Shown piece by piece: positions 39,601-51,366 of a DNA stretch of 64,000 nt. Made by a program: the position numbers and the translations under genes. The notes beneath the pieces are model-generated. The model was not told the DNA's origin and searched no databases. It saw only the letters and a program-made list of their open reading frames with translations. Numbering within the stretch: the stretch's first letter is position 1; each line of letters begins with the position of its first letter. The stretch comes from Takakia lepidozioides (lineage: Eukaryota > Plantae > Bryophyta): the NCBI GenBank assembly GCA_030704615.1, contig CM060731.1, positions 54,002,001 through 54,066,000 of the forward strand, written 5' to 3'.

Positions 39601-39767
39601 GATAATATATTATATACAACACTGCGTTAAAAATTATAGATTACAATTCAATTGAATTGCAGTCAGCAATTCAATTGAATTGCAAATTAGGGTTAGTTCA
39701 ATTGAATTGGCATCTGATCAAGTGAATTGCGCTGCATTTCACATCAAGGCCTTTTTGGAATTCCCTA
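39431..39767 (-). repeat. Right TIR of giant transposon
   Basis: Reverse complement of the left TIR, differing by a few substitutions, small indels and (ATATAC)n length. Confidence 0.92.
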
Positions 39768-40574
39768 GTCACCCTCTATGTATATATGACGCCTATCAAA
39801 GGACTGTAAATTATGGTGTCTCTTGACCCCCAAGGGCTACCTACTGCCTTCCAGCATGAAGGTGGACACCTTCGTGACACCAATACCACAAGCACTTCCG
39901 AGGTGGTATGTGCCCATTACCATTGGGCCACAACTTGGTTGTCAGATGTCACCATGTCCCTGTGGTATAGGGCAAAGCGTTTGATGTGAAGGCAGCGTGT
40001 CTCACGTCCACATGGGGAGCGGTATCCAAAATCTTGTACTTGTGTTTATGTCGGTGGCGGCGCACCGACATGGGCACAACGAGGCCACATTGGTGCTTCC
40101 AGTTGTTGCAATTCTATCTGCTCGGGCCCACCTCCATAGATACTTCCATAGCTTCTCCTCACTCCGCCTTGTGACTTGTCCACACTACACACATCATTGA
40201 CTTCATAGTAAACTTACTAACATAATGAACAAAACAACAGAATCATAATTACAATTAAGCATAATCGACAACATAATAAAGGCACCCCCTTGAGGGACTT
40301 CGAGATACTTCGGAGGATTGTGTGAAAATGTTTGATCTGCAGGACGCTCAAGTGCAGTGTTGATCGAGGACCTCAGTGGGGGTTGGGATGCAAATGAATA
40401 TCGTCGTTGGTTCTCTGAATGCTTGCCACGCAAGTGGGTGGCAATCGAGATTGTAGTTTTGAATTCTTCCACAACAGCACGGATTGTTGGAGGAGGGAAC
40501 TTGAGAGTAATAAGAGGGCACGTCAGAGAATTCCTCGGATCTGCCCCGAGTGTTTGAGATGGATGAGATGGATC

Positions 40575-41389
40575 CAACGTCCGGGGAGAACCGGCAGCCA
40601 GTTACATGCTAGCCGACTGAATTCTAGAATTTCCGAATGAAATATGAAACCTCAGGAAATGGATCCGAGGGAAAAAATGGCCGAAGTGGAAATCAACCGG
40701 GTGCCCTACTTTTAGGAAGGATATTTGCCTTTCCATTTCATTACAGACAGGAAATCTGCCTTAGTTGGCAAGGCCTGGACGGATTCCGGCCCTTCTTATA
40801 TTACAAAAAATGGAAATGGCCGTCGAAGTCCACCACATGGCAGAAATCCAACGTGCCAGGCCGGGTTACATCCAAGGAAGGGCGTTTAGGTGAAAAAATA
40901 TTGAACTCAAAGAGGGCGGGCCGCGGGCAAACCCTACTAAGTCTGGACGTTGCTCTCGCAGCCCCAGCCCCACGCCTGCTTGCACTCGCTGCCTGCTATC
41001 ACAGCTCACCTGTCCACGCGGGTTCAATTCTTGGCCTCCATGTGGTTTGAAGGCATTGACAGGTCCAACTTCTATAAGGATACAATGTTCTTCACTTGTT
41101 TGAATTGCTTAAAACTGGTTGTGATTATTTATTATTATTATTATTTACTTATTGTTGTGCATTTGACACTTGTGTTGTCAACCGGTTGATATTTATAAGG
41201 GCCGGATTTATAGCTGAACACAAAATAAATCATTAGGAATATTACCGGTTGTAAAGAAATTATCTCAGAAATTGACCGGGTATAGTTACCACTAAGGGGC
41301 AGCAACCGAGTGCCCAACCCACTTAGCCGATTGCTGCTGGGAATGAGCGGCTACTGGCTGGTTCAACTGAAATTATTTCCCGGACGCTG
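40575..41389. mobile_element. hAT-type MITE, copy 3
   Basis: Same family, 8-bp TSD GATGGATC, ~0.5 kb upstream of the second lectin gene. Confidence 0.92.
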
Positions 41390-41862
41390 GATGGATCCCT
41401 ATGTGCGCCCTCAAGTGCCCACATTGCGCAGTAATCCGTGCGAAATCGATTGTATAGTCATTACATTCCATTGACGCATTCATCGGGGCCAGACACTGTT
41501 GGGTGAATCACCACCCTCAATCCGTAAGTTAGTAGGCAAGGGCAACCTCGGGACGAGAATCTGCAGTATGCAAATGCCTGCTAGGAAAGCTGACAGGCCA
41601 AGTACATGAAAGGACGAGTCGTCACTCTTGAATGATGATGAGGCAGCTATGAGAATCCTAGGCTCCGCAAGCCGAATGTGACTCATCACGTGGGTCATGT
41701 GACAACATCAGTGGACGAGTACATTTTGGTTTGGGCCGGGCCTGAAGTGATCTCCCTAGCTATATATTCCTGAGCACTACTTACTAGCACATTCAGTCAT
41801 GCCTGTGCTCTGATTGTGGGTGTTGGCTCTACAGTGATAGAACTGTCTCTTGTGCGATCTCT

Positions 41863-44154
41863 TTGTCCGACATGGCTAGAGGCATTGAACAGAAGGTATG
41901 GCACATGGGTGCCTTCATGGACTACAAGGCGTTTTTCATCGTCATGGCCTTGTGCGTACTTGGCAAATGCTGTAATGCGGTTACACTGCCATCTCTCACG
42001 GGGCTCCCCATTGGTACAGTCGTCAGCCTCGCCGATTCAGCCACAGCCAAACCCATACAGGTCCTCGAATCCACTTTTCGTTCAGCTGGGGGAAGCTACG
42101 TCTTGTCCCTGGAAGGCGGACCTTGCAAAATAACCATAAGACACTTGTATTCGTCTCCAACCGCGTGGCTGTTGTGGGTTGCCAACTACTTCAAAGCTCC
42201 CACCGCAAGCAATCCCAAGGTAATGTGCACTCTGAAGCTTACAATGGACGGCGATCTGCAGCTGCTGCTGGGGAACACGCTGATCTGGAACAGCGGCACG
42301 ACTGGGAAGGGTGTGAAGAGCATGCAGCTTTTAGATAGTGGCTTATTCCAGCTCCTTGATGCCAAACAGCAGCCCGTCTGGCAAAGTTTCGACAATCCGG
42401 AGTTCGCCCTGTTGCCCGGCCAACAGTTCAGGTATGTCAAACTCTAGAGGTCAGTGTTCAAATTATGCTTGAGAATGTCTGTAGCTTCCAGTAGAAGTCC
42501 ACGCTCCGACGCTCCGACGGAGGGCAAGCTTGTTTTTCACCGTTGTCTTTGTGACGGCTAAGTGAACTCCCTCGCACATCCTTCACCCCAGCGCAAAGTG
42601 ATTCAGGCCATGGTTTACCAGCGGGATCCAAGCATTTTGCACAAAATTTTACATATGATAATTGTTTCGAGCAGGTTTAAGAGATTCAAGGTGTGATACC
42701 CTGGCATATGCAATGAAGGTTCAAAGTTCACTGCATTGGAATTTTATATCATGCTTCTTTGTTTAGAACCCTACAGTACATTTGTCGAGCTAATAATTAC
42801 AACCGAGTGACTGAGTTCTTGAAATTTGGGCAGTTCCGCCTCAATTGGCAATGTGACATATGGGTTGAGGGCTAAAGTCATGGATGTGTTGATCTAAAAA
42901 AGCGCAAGCTGCAACGCCGCCCCCTAAAGCCTAGCTAGCAATCCAAAGCGTGTGAGCTTGGCACCCACTCCGATCCAGACTGTTAGTTCCAGTCTGGGTT
43001 TAACCGGGTCCTTATTCTTCGTTTTAGTTTCCTCTATCTTACATAACTCTGACAAAGACTAATGCAATCGCACTTACTGGAGAGTGTTCTGTCACTGCTC
43101 AATTGATGTCGGATGTTCAGGCCAGGCATGACATTGGTGGCCCCAAGTGCTTATCCCACTGGTTATAACTTCTCTGGAAAAACTTACACCATGGAGCTTC
43201 AAGCAGGAGATCTTCGCCTCTATTCTAACTTTGGCAGCGGACCAAAGATGTATTGGAGCCTCAAACAGAAGTTATTTCCTACTGGGGACCTCAGCAATGT
43301 GGCATATGCAGGTATACTCGTACACAGCATCAAAATTGAAGCTTAAGTAAGAGTACTCTTGCATCCCATGGCGCTTTGGCAGAGGGTGGGCTCCCCCTAC
43401 CTTGTTAAGTGCACGCTGACCTCCGTGCAATGGCTACATTTGAATGCAGGCCTGAGTGAACCTAAATCCGGTAGTCGCAAAGTTAGAGAGTACAATGTTC
43501 ACGTATTGCGTGATTTCATACATGATGGTATGGCAAGTACACCTGGCCCTGACGTAAGATGGTGAAACTGTGTTCTGTGCAGGCGTTGTGAACAGCACTG
43601 GAGGCCTAGGATTGTTCAAAGCTGATGGGTCCATCGTGTACCAGCATCCAGTTCCATTTCCTGTGTCCAGTGCACCTGATACATACATCAGTTTGGACTT
43701 AGATGGCAACCTGCGGACCTGGTTCCTCTACAAAGGGGAGTTCTGGGAGTCCAACTTCCAAGTCCTCAATACAAGCTGTGACTATCCCAGGTTCTGTGGT
43801 CCTTACGGCATCTGCAGCAACAACAGTACTTGCAGCTGCCTCGCAACATTCAAACCTGTGTCTCCGTCGGACCTTACTCAAGGCTGTGCGGCTCCAGCAC
43901 GACTAATAAATTGCAATAGCATCACTAGTTATCTCAATCTAACTGGATACGATTATGTCTATAACCAATACGCAGCACCGATCACAGCGCCATTGGCCAA
44001 ATGCAAACAACTGTGTACCCAGGACTGCAAGTGCGTCGCTGCCTTTTATCATTCTGACAAAGGCTTATGCTTCCTGGTTGATGGAGAGCTGAGCACCATC
44101 CAGAAAACATTTGATGCAACCAAGTTGGCCTTCATCAAGGTTGCTACAAAGTAA
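41863..44154 (+). CDS. Secreted EP1/S-locus-glycoprotein-like bulb-lectin/PAN protein (exons 41863-42431, 43121-43311, 43583-44154)
   Basis: Signal peptide, LTMDGDLQL..VWQSFDNP, LDLDGNLR, CDYPRFCGPYGIC, CKQLCTQDCKC. Both introns are phase-compatible GT-AG. Start may be a later Met. Confidence 0.9.
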
Positions 44155-44709
44155 AACTCGTTGTGTACGTTTTCCATCGTATTAGGCTCTCCAGCCACAG
44201 CAGCCTGCTCTGCTCAGCAGTGTTCATTCACTGGCTTCGATTCCTTTGTCGACTCGTCATGTGCAGGCAAGCTTAACTTACTACTGCGTTATGGGCAGTG
44301 TGCATCATCCGAAGCCAGCCTAGATATTATTTGAAATTTTGTGCGCTATACGCTACAAGCAAAGAACAAGCTGTAAAGTTTGCAATACGGCTATAGGCTA
44401 GAGATAAAAGATAAATTCGTTTAACGTCCAGAGAGAACTGAAGTGCCCTTTGTAAACCAAAGAGCCAACTTCACGTTACCAATCCATGCAGAGTTACGAG
44501 TGGGTACGAAGTTTCTTTTCAATATAACTGATTTTCACTCATTAACAGAATATACTTGCACTATTGCAATGTTTGAGGCCAGGCCATCAGCATACTGCAA
44601 CTGATATCTCCTTACAATCTGAAGAAGGAAAATTGAAAATACGCTCTACTGTCCACAACTACGCTTGTACACACGTTATTACTGATTGTTCAGCTTACCA
44701 TGTCATCAA

Positions 44710-44790
44710 GTCAATATGGCCGAGTTGGTCTAAGGCGCCAGTTTCAGGTACTGGTCCGAAAGGGCGTGGGTTCGAATCCCACTGTTGACA
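44710..44790 (+). tRNA. trnL-CAG: tRNA-Leu(CAG)
   Basis: Cloverleaf with TGGCCGAGTTGGTCTAAGGC, anticodon arm CCAGT-TTCAGGT-ACTGG, long variable arm, GGTTCGAATCCC, downstream TTTT. Confidence 0.96.
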
Positions 44791-45134
44791 TCCTTTTCTT
44801 TAATACACTAATTCTGAAACCGTGGAGGAAGTAAGGAACATATCTGAAGTGCATTCTAAAGTGGCGCACGTCTGTGTCTTTCAGCTCCCACCAGTCCATC
44901 ATCATCCAGGAAGACATAAGGCACTTGGCAGGAAAAATATCCTCATGGTTTTTCCATGTCAAAGCAGAGCTATGGCATTAAGTGCTAGAAATTGCACAAC
45001 ACATAACTTTGAGGTTCCTTGAAAGATACATCTGCACCCATGTGACTCACTCCCTTTGCTCAAAATACCCTTTTTGAATGTCGTAAACATCCATGTTAGT
45101 CAAGGCTGAATTGTCTATTAAAAACTAGGCAAAA

Positions 45135-47346
45135 CTAAGCCACATGTTCGGCCAAGGTCAAGATTTTCACATACTTCCGCTGACGCAGCTCATGAGGAAC
45201 TGGCCCGAAAATGCGGGTTCCTAGAGGCTCACCCTGCTTATTGACTAAGACAACGGCGTTCCCATCAAACTTAATCTCGCTCCCATCACTGCGCTGCCTT
45301 TGCATTGCAGTTCTCACTATAACACAGTTGACCACCTCTCCTTTCTTCACCTTGCCCCTGGGGACAGCATCTTTCACGGAGGCTATGATAAGGTCCCCAA
45401 GCCGGCCAGTCCTGCCTCCCCGTAAAACTTGGATGCATTGGACACGTTTTGCACCCGAATTGTCTGCAACCATCAGGCTTGACCGCAATTGAATAAATGT
45501 CCGCCGTTGCTGCACGAGTCCATGAATGGTACAGAGATTAGTTTCATTACTGCTCCATTCTCACCTAATGCAACGATCTCTCACTCTCTCTCTCATAAAC
45601 TGCTTATTTCTTCCTTTCACCTGGTCAAGGACTTGACTCACTGACCAGACATGGGCCACAAGACAAAAGTAGGAACAGAAACAGACGTCCTGGCACGGTC
45701 AAAGGAGAGGAGGCCGAGGAGCATACCTGGAGATGGACAGGAGGAGAGCATGATGTGACAAGATCCATACCAGGCCAGTGCATGAGCCTATTTTGCAAAG
45801 ATGAAAATAGATTATGCTGCGACCTGTATGTTCCCTGTGTTGCTCCGTGCCCTGCAAAACACCGCCACATATGCCATTGCCAAGGTTCATACAGCTGTTG
45901 ATATATCACTGATTAAACGTCAGTGTGGCAGTGCCTGAGATTATAGATACCAGTTAAAAGGTGAGGGACTTTTGATGCAAAGAAACCACAGCAGAGATGA
46001 GAGTAGGGTGCATAGAAGTCATCATCTACCAAACAGAGAGAGAGGCAGATAAGACAAGAGAATACATTTTCCATCTCATGAGTTGACACCCGGTTCCGAT
46101 TGGGAGCATGCTGATAGCTACTCCCTGGCCTCCAAACTTTCAGCAGAAAACTGCTTACCCTGAAAAACTGTGTCCCCAGTTTGTGCAGAGGCAATGAAGG
46201 AGAATCCCGCCACAGGCTTTCCTTCCTTCACAGTCACAGCTGCAATGCCCTGACACAACCATAACAAGCAACCAAAACCAACAGCATCAGTCACGTTGCT
46301 CCCATACGGCCAGCTGCTTCTCTGTTACCGGTATGCTACTCCGTAGACATCCATGAAGAACACAAAACAAACGACTAGATACATTTCAGTCCACCAAGGA
46401 AATCCACCCCTCTCAAAGAAAGCAAAATCCTCCTACACCATTCTGTGGTTCTTTAAGCTATAGCTGGGTTCAAACGGCGAGGTAACATACCACCGTTCCC
46501 ACGGATATTTCATGTTACTTATCAAACCGAGTTTCGTACAACTTTCTAACCCTCCCTTTGTCTCTGCGGTACAAGTGAGTCTCAGTGCATCTGCTGTTGT
46601 GACCCTAGTGATTGCGAACTTATTAGTGCAATTCAACTGCCTCATTTCTCGGTAGCAGCTGCAATTTTCGTATAGACTTCTTTCCCACCACAGTGTGCCG
46701 GATTGATATCTGCCACCAAATATCGTAAAGCTTAATCTCACACACTTACACCTTTATTGTGAAAGAATTCTGGCAGTTCCATACTCCCGCCAGTGGGGGT
46801 TATATCCAGCGATCCAAGATCGCAAGGCAGTAGTCTCTGTGATGTGGTAAGCATTACATTTATGACTACATTCTCTACTGCGCGTGCGGTCGTTGCAGCA
46901 GATACCCACGTACAACCACGCATATCTCTCCCGGCTCACATATGACACAATTATCGTACCTCGACGGGAAGGTGAGAAGAAGTATGGCTTTTGTCCCCTG
47001 TTAGAGTCTCAGTAGTGATACGGCACTCATCCAGCTTGGGCAAACAACACATCAGAGAACTTGATGTGGAAGCAGGAGCTGTTCGAAGTGCTGCAGATTC
47101 GCTGGAGCCACCAAACATTCCCAAATCGCCGGTTGTACTGCCTCCACATCGAAACGAAAATGGAAATGTCAGTCCATTTTTTCTGATTGCCCCTCTCAGA
47201 CCAGGCTCCCGGGCTGGTGCGAGGTGACATCCAAGCGCCTCGAAGTTGGAGTTTACACCAAGATTAGAACTCCCTTTGTGAAATGTTCGAAAAAGATATT
47301 GCGAGAGCCCAGTGTTGCTGCCTCTCCGCACGCCCGATTTAAGCAT
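45135..47346 (-). CDS. rpl14: Nuclear-encoded mitochondrial ribosomal protein uL14 (HLP/HLL-like); predicted exons ~47346-46960, 46250-46159, 45851-45727, 45509-45135
   Basis: Last exon has [33 protein letters not shown]. Upstream exons join in phase and start with a mitochondrial-transit-like peptide, but are less certain. Confidence 0.85.
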
Positions 47347-48216
47347 GCTGCCTGCTGATGGCTGGGATCGGCCTCGTGCAGGCCTGATGCAGAACCAGGA
47401 GAAAGACAGCAAACGTCCAAGGGGTTTTCCTAAACCCTAATCTACGTAGAGTATCATAGCCTTAGACCCAGGACAGAATCCTGCCACAACGGAACAGACT
47501 TTGCGGTGAACAGGATAAACGTGTGTCTGCATCCAGGCTAAGCTTTCCTTCACTTTTGTGCATTGGAGCCTGCTTCCTCAAATTGCTCTGTTGATGTGTC
47601 TGAGAAGGCACAATGGTGAAGAAGACGAGCTACGTCTGGGGACCTTAACCTCCCCTGAGAACAACGCTGTAGATTACTGGAGACACAGCGGATTCCTGTC
47701 CAACAAATGATGTCTCGTGGTGAACTACTGATTTGTATTTTCTTTTCATCAACAGTAGTGGCCATGGGAAAGTAGGGTCCGGTAACAAACCAAGTTCCAA
47801 GGCGACCTTTCTTCGATTACACAGCAACGTCACAATTCCATTTCACATTGCATAGGATCTCCAAAAACTTCTACACTTAAACCGTTGCTCTGCTTTTTAT
47901 TGCCCTCTCATATATTCTCTTTACCACAACCCTTGGCACTAAAGCAAGCTCTCTAAATCCCTCTTATCACCTCACTCCCCCAAATTTCAAGGGGGCTCTA
48001 CAATTCTGGAAGTCCCATCTAATGAACACATCCTGAGCAGACAACCCCAGAGCCATAATAGATACTCAGGGCATGGACTAGTATAATGAAATTCGACGCG
48101 CATCTGCATAGCTTAGAAGATAGAAAAATCTGTCTAGAGCAGTGAACTCCAACATATGAAGAGGCCTCAGCACACGGAGATGCATTGGAAGTCCCGAACT
48201 TTATCCAGACTTCTGA

Positions 48217-50626
48217 TCAATACTGTGTACATCTGGTCCCCACTGAAGGTTCCAACATCTGTTTGGAAAATGGGACTGCCAAATCTGGAGAGAATGCAGC
48301 ACAATCCTCCATCACTTGTGCCATGAGTTTAAACTCCCTGGCCTTTCTAAGACCTCTGCATATGATCTCGTAAGTTATCTGCTCTGGTTTCATTTCAGAG
48401 CGTTTGATTTCTTCATAGACCTCATATGCGCGAGAAATATTGCCGCTGCGTACATATGCGCCCATGAGCTCCGTGAGTATCATGACATCGGGTGAGAGAC
48501 CTTCCTCTTGCAGCTCCTTCAAAAGCCGCTCCACCTCCTGATATAAAGGTAGAAAGATTACAATCTTTGTATTTGCATGTAGATTTGAAATTAAGCTGCA
48601 AACACATAAATGAAACCATGTTCACATCGGAACACAACCATCTTACCAAGACGCTGAAGCAGTTCACATTCTGTCATATCTTTGAAGGATTTACTGTGGT
48701 CTACATCTGTGCAGATAGATACGTTACTCTGACTACCACTTTCTCACATTAACCCCACACATGGGCACAAGACAGTATCAGGGAAAGCTTCACAACAAAA
48801 CTCCAAACACTCAACCTCCTTTGAAAATTACCTCAATGCGACCATTTTTTCCCATGGTGTCCATCATTTCACGATATAAATACAAGTCAGGTTTATACCA
48901 GTCCTCCTTGCGCACCATATTAAATATCTGCACCCCATACCAGGGACATTGCTTTGAGTGTTTCTGCTGGCTATGATTCAATCCTACACCCGATGACTTT
49001 GATATCTGCCAACTCTGATATGAACGCCACATTATGAATATATCACAGATGCAAAGATACACAAATAACAAAGCAGTATTAATCCAGCCAACTTACAAAT
49101 GCATGAGTCAAGCTGATCAGACAACCACAAAATGATCCATTATGAGTAGAGATGAAGAGGAGATAAAAGGGCACATTAAACATGTCCTGAATATGTCAAT
49201 ATGGGCTCTGTTTAATGGTCTACTTAGTGCAGCAACAAATATTTGTTGTTCAATTTTTCCTGGAGACTCAAAATCACCGAGTATCGAATCTTAGACAAGT
49301 AAGCAAGGAGCCTCACCTAGCCAAAACAATCCGGATAGTCAGAAAATCCTACAACAGATTGCATTGAGGTTCAGAATCAAGCCATCAAAAACAGATTCGA
49401 TGATGGGGGAACAATCCTTTTGGGCATTGGGGGGTGGCAGGTAAAAACCTCATTAGCAAGGGACCACTCATCCTGGCGGCGGAGCTCCACAAGCACCATA
49501 AGCAAATCCATCTTCAGCAACCGTGAAGCCCCCGTCTGCAAAACCTGAACCTCCATTGGCACCAGACCAGGTACTTAAAAGTCATGCAGGATGCACAGTG
49601 CACACACTGGAGATTCTTCCTCAACCTCTGGACTAGCTAAAACTGTGTTTGCTGCATTGATAGGCTGCGGGCAACCGAAGCTTATGAGTACATTGTATGC
49701 TGTATTGATTTGCCGATAATTTAAATGAGCCAAAGCACCAGATGTAGTGCGCAATTAATGAAGCCGCAACTGTAACAAGAAAGAGCATGATTTTTGCTAC
49801 CGCTTGATTCCTGACCGCATTTCTTCATACTTTCTAATGCGTTCCGGTTTGACATGCACGTGCAATTGGTGACTACATCACTGTTGTAGAAAAAGCCAGT
49901 TCTCCAGAGAGTAAGGACTTACCGACTGCCTTGCTCGATAATGTAATCAGATACAACTCGTGAGACCACTCGTGATGCAAACTTGGTGAAAAGCGTTACT
50001 ACAAAAACAGGCACTAGGTGTACTACATCAGGTCATAAACTCACTTTCTTCTCCTTATTGTAATCGCCCTTCGCTCTCTTCAGATCAACAACGACTTGCA
50101 AGGCTTCTTTACTCACACCCTTCCGTTGTCTCCACAGTGGACCTCGAGGCTTTCCCTTCGCCTTTATGCTACCACTCCACCGGACCTGATGCCAGCTTTT
50201 CAAGCCAAAGCTCTCCATAAGTCCTGAACCTACCCCGAACCACGGTGATGCATTGCCGATTAAACCCTTTCTCGTATCCTCTCCCAGCAACACTCTGGAA
50301 CCAAGGGTAGCGGTTACTGTCCCAGATGAAGACCTTGCCTCATGCATAGTCCATGTTTGCAGCCATCGCAGGCCTGAATCCAATCCCCTGGTAGAGCAGT
50401 AATGCATGTTTCTTGAGGAAGATGTAACACTGGACGTCAATGAAGCTGCAGCACTCAAAACAATGAGACCTGCTCCATGCCGACGCCTTTGCACTGCCGA
50501 AGAAACTGGAAAGGAGAAGGTGCGGCTTATGGGGAGTTGCGAAAAGCAGGGACACTGGTAAAAGCTTGGAAAATTCAGCAAGGATTTGTCCAGACAAGCT
50601 CGGGCCATGCCGGGCAGCAAGCCCAT
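48217..50626 (-). CDS. THA8-like short PPR protein (4 exons, organelle-targeted)
   Basis: RGPLWR..VSKEALQVVVDLKR, RLLKMDLLMVLVELRRQDEWSLA, RKEDWYKPDLYLY, and PPR motifs PDVMILTELMGAYVRSG / PEQITYEIIC. Confidence 0.85.
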
Positions 50627-50996
50627 AGATTATAGCTTGCAGTCTAAGGGTCGGGCACAGCACTGTGCAGACCACCATTCCATTAAACGATCCACGAATC
50701 CCTCCTCCCTCGTCATTCCACACTTGTTGCCGGATGCTCTTGAAATTTCGAACACTGAAAAGGGATTCATTTCATTAGGGTTTAGGGTGCACATAAAAAG
50801 CCATGTTGCGTACAGTGACCTTCCAGTGGGGGTGACTGCTCAAGCTGAACCCTAAACCTGAGTTCACTGCTCCGTCGTCCTCGTCCTCCACAGCATAGAG
50901 ACGTCCGACGTGGGGAGGGATCTGGTCTTCAGGGATCGGTTGGGACGTATTTTCATAGAGGCAGAGCTGACAGTGAGGTATTGTTGGCTTGGTCCC
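50627..50996. promoter_or_regulatory. Short divergent (bidirectional) promoter region between the PPR and ValRS genes
   Basis: Head-to-head ATGs ~370 bp apart, with telo-box-like TTAGGGTTT (~50775) and ACCCTAAAC (~50850). Confidence 0.5.
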
Positions 50997-51321
50997 ATGT
51001 CGAAGATCGATGGGCCTGCGGATGGACGACCCTCACTGGAGAAAGGGGAAGATTCTGCTCCCCAGCCACAATTGAAGGTATTTCTATGCACTTCTTCTTG
51101 TTCTAGAAAATTAGCACATGGCAGCTCAGGTCAGGGACTTACCGGAATGAGGAATGCTGCCAGGTGGACGTCGGACAAGGAGCTGATGGAGCAAAGGAAG
51201 AAGATCCAGAGAAGAAGAAAAAGAAAGAAGAGAAGGTATGTAGCACAGCATGTTTGACTGTGCGAGAAAACTGGGATTTGGGGCATTGGATATAGTTTTT
51301 AAGTTGGGTGAAGATGCGTGT

Positions 51322-51366
<45 letters not shown>

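Larger units (their letters stand above)
20329..39767. mobile_element. Giant (19,439 bp) TIR DNA transposon with IS3/IS481-type DDE transposase (IS3EU-like) and cargo
   Basis: Ends TAGGGAATTCCAAAAAGG..CCTTTTTGGAATTCCCTA, ~320-bp TIRs, 6-bp TSD GTCACC (20323-20328 / 39768-39773), internal DDE transposase. Confidence 0.92.

Noticed and set aside
45135-45515. Organellar DNA insertion (NUMT/NUPT) carrying rpl14
   Set aside because: Preceded by a spliceosomal acceptor and transit-peptide exons, with no neighbouring organellar operon genes
46430-46950. Intronic snoRNA in the uL14 gene
   Set aside because: No convincing C/D or H/ACA box pair found
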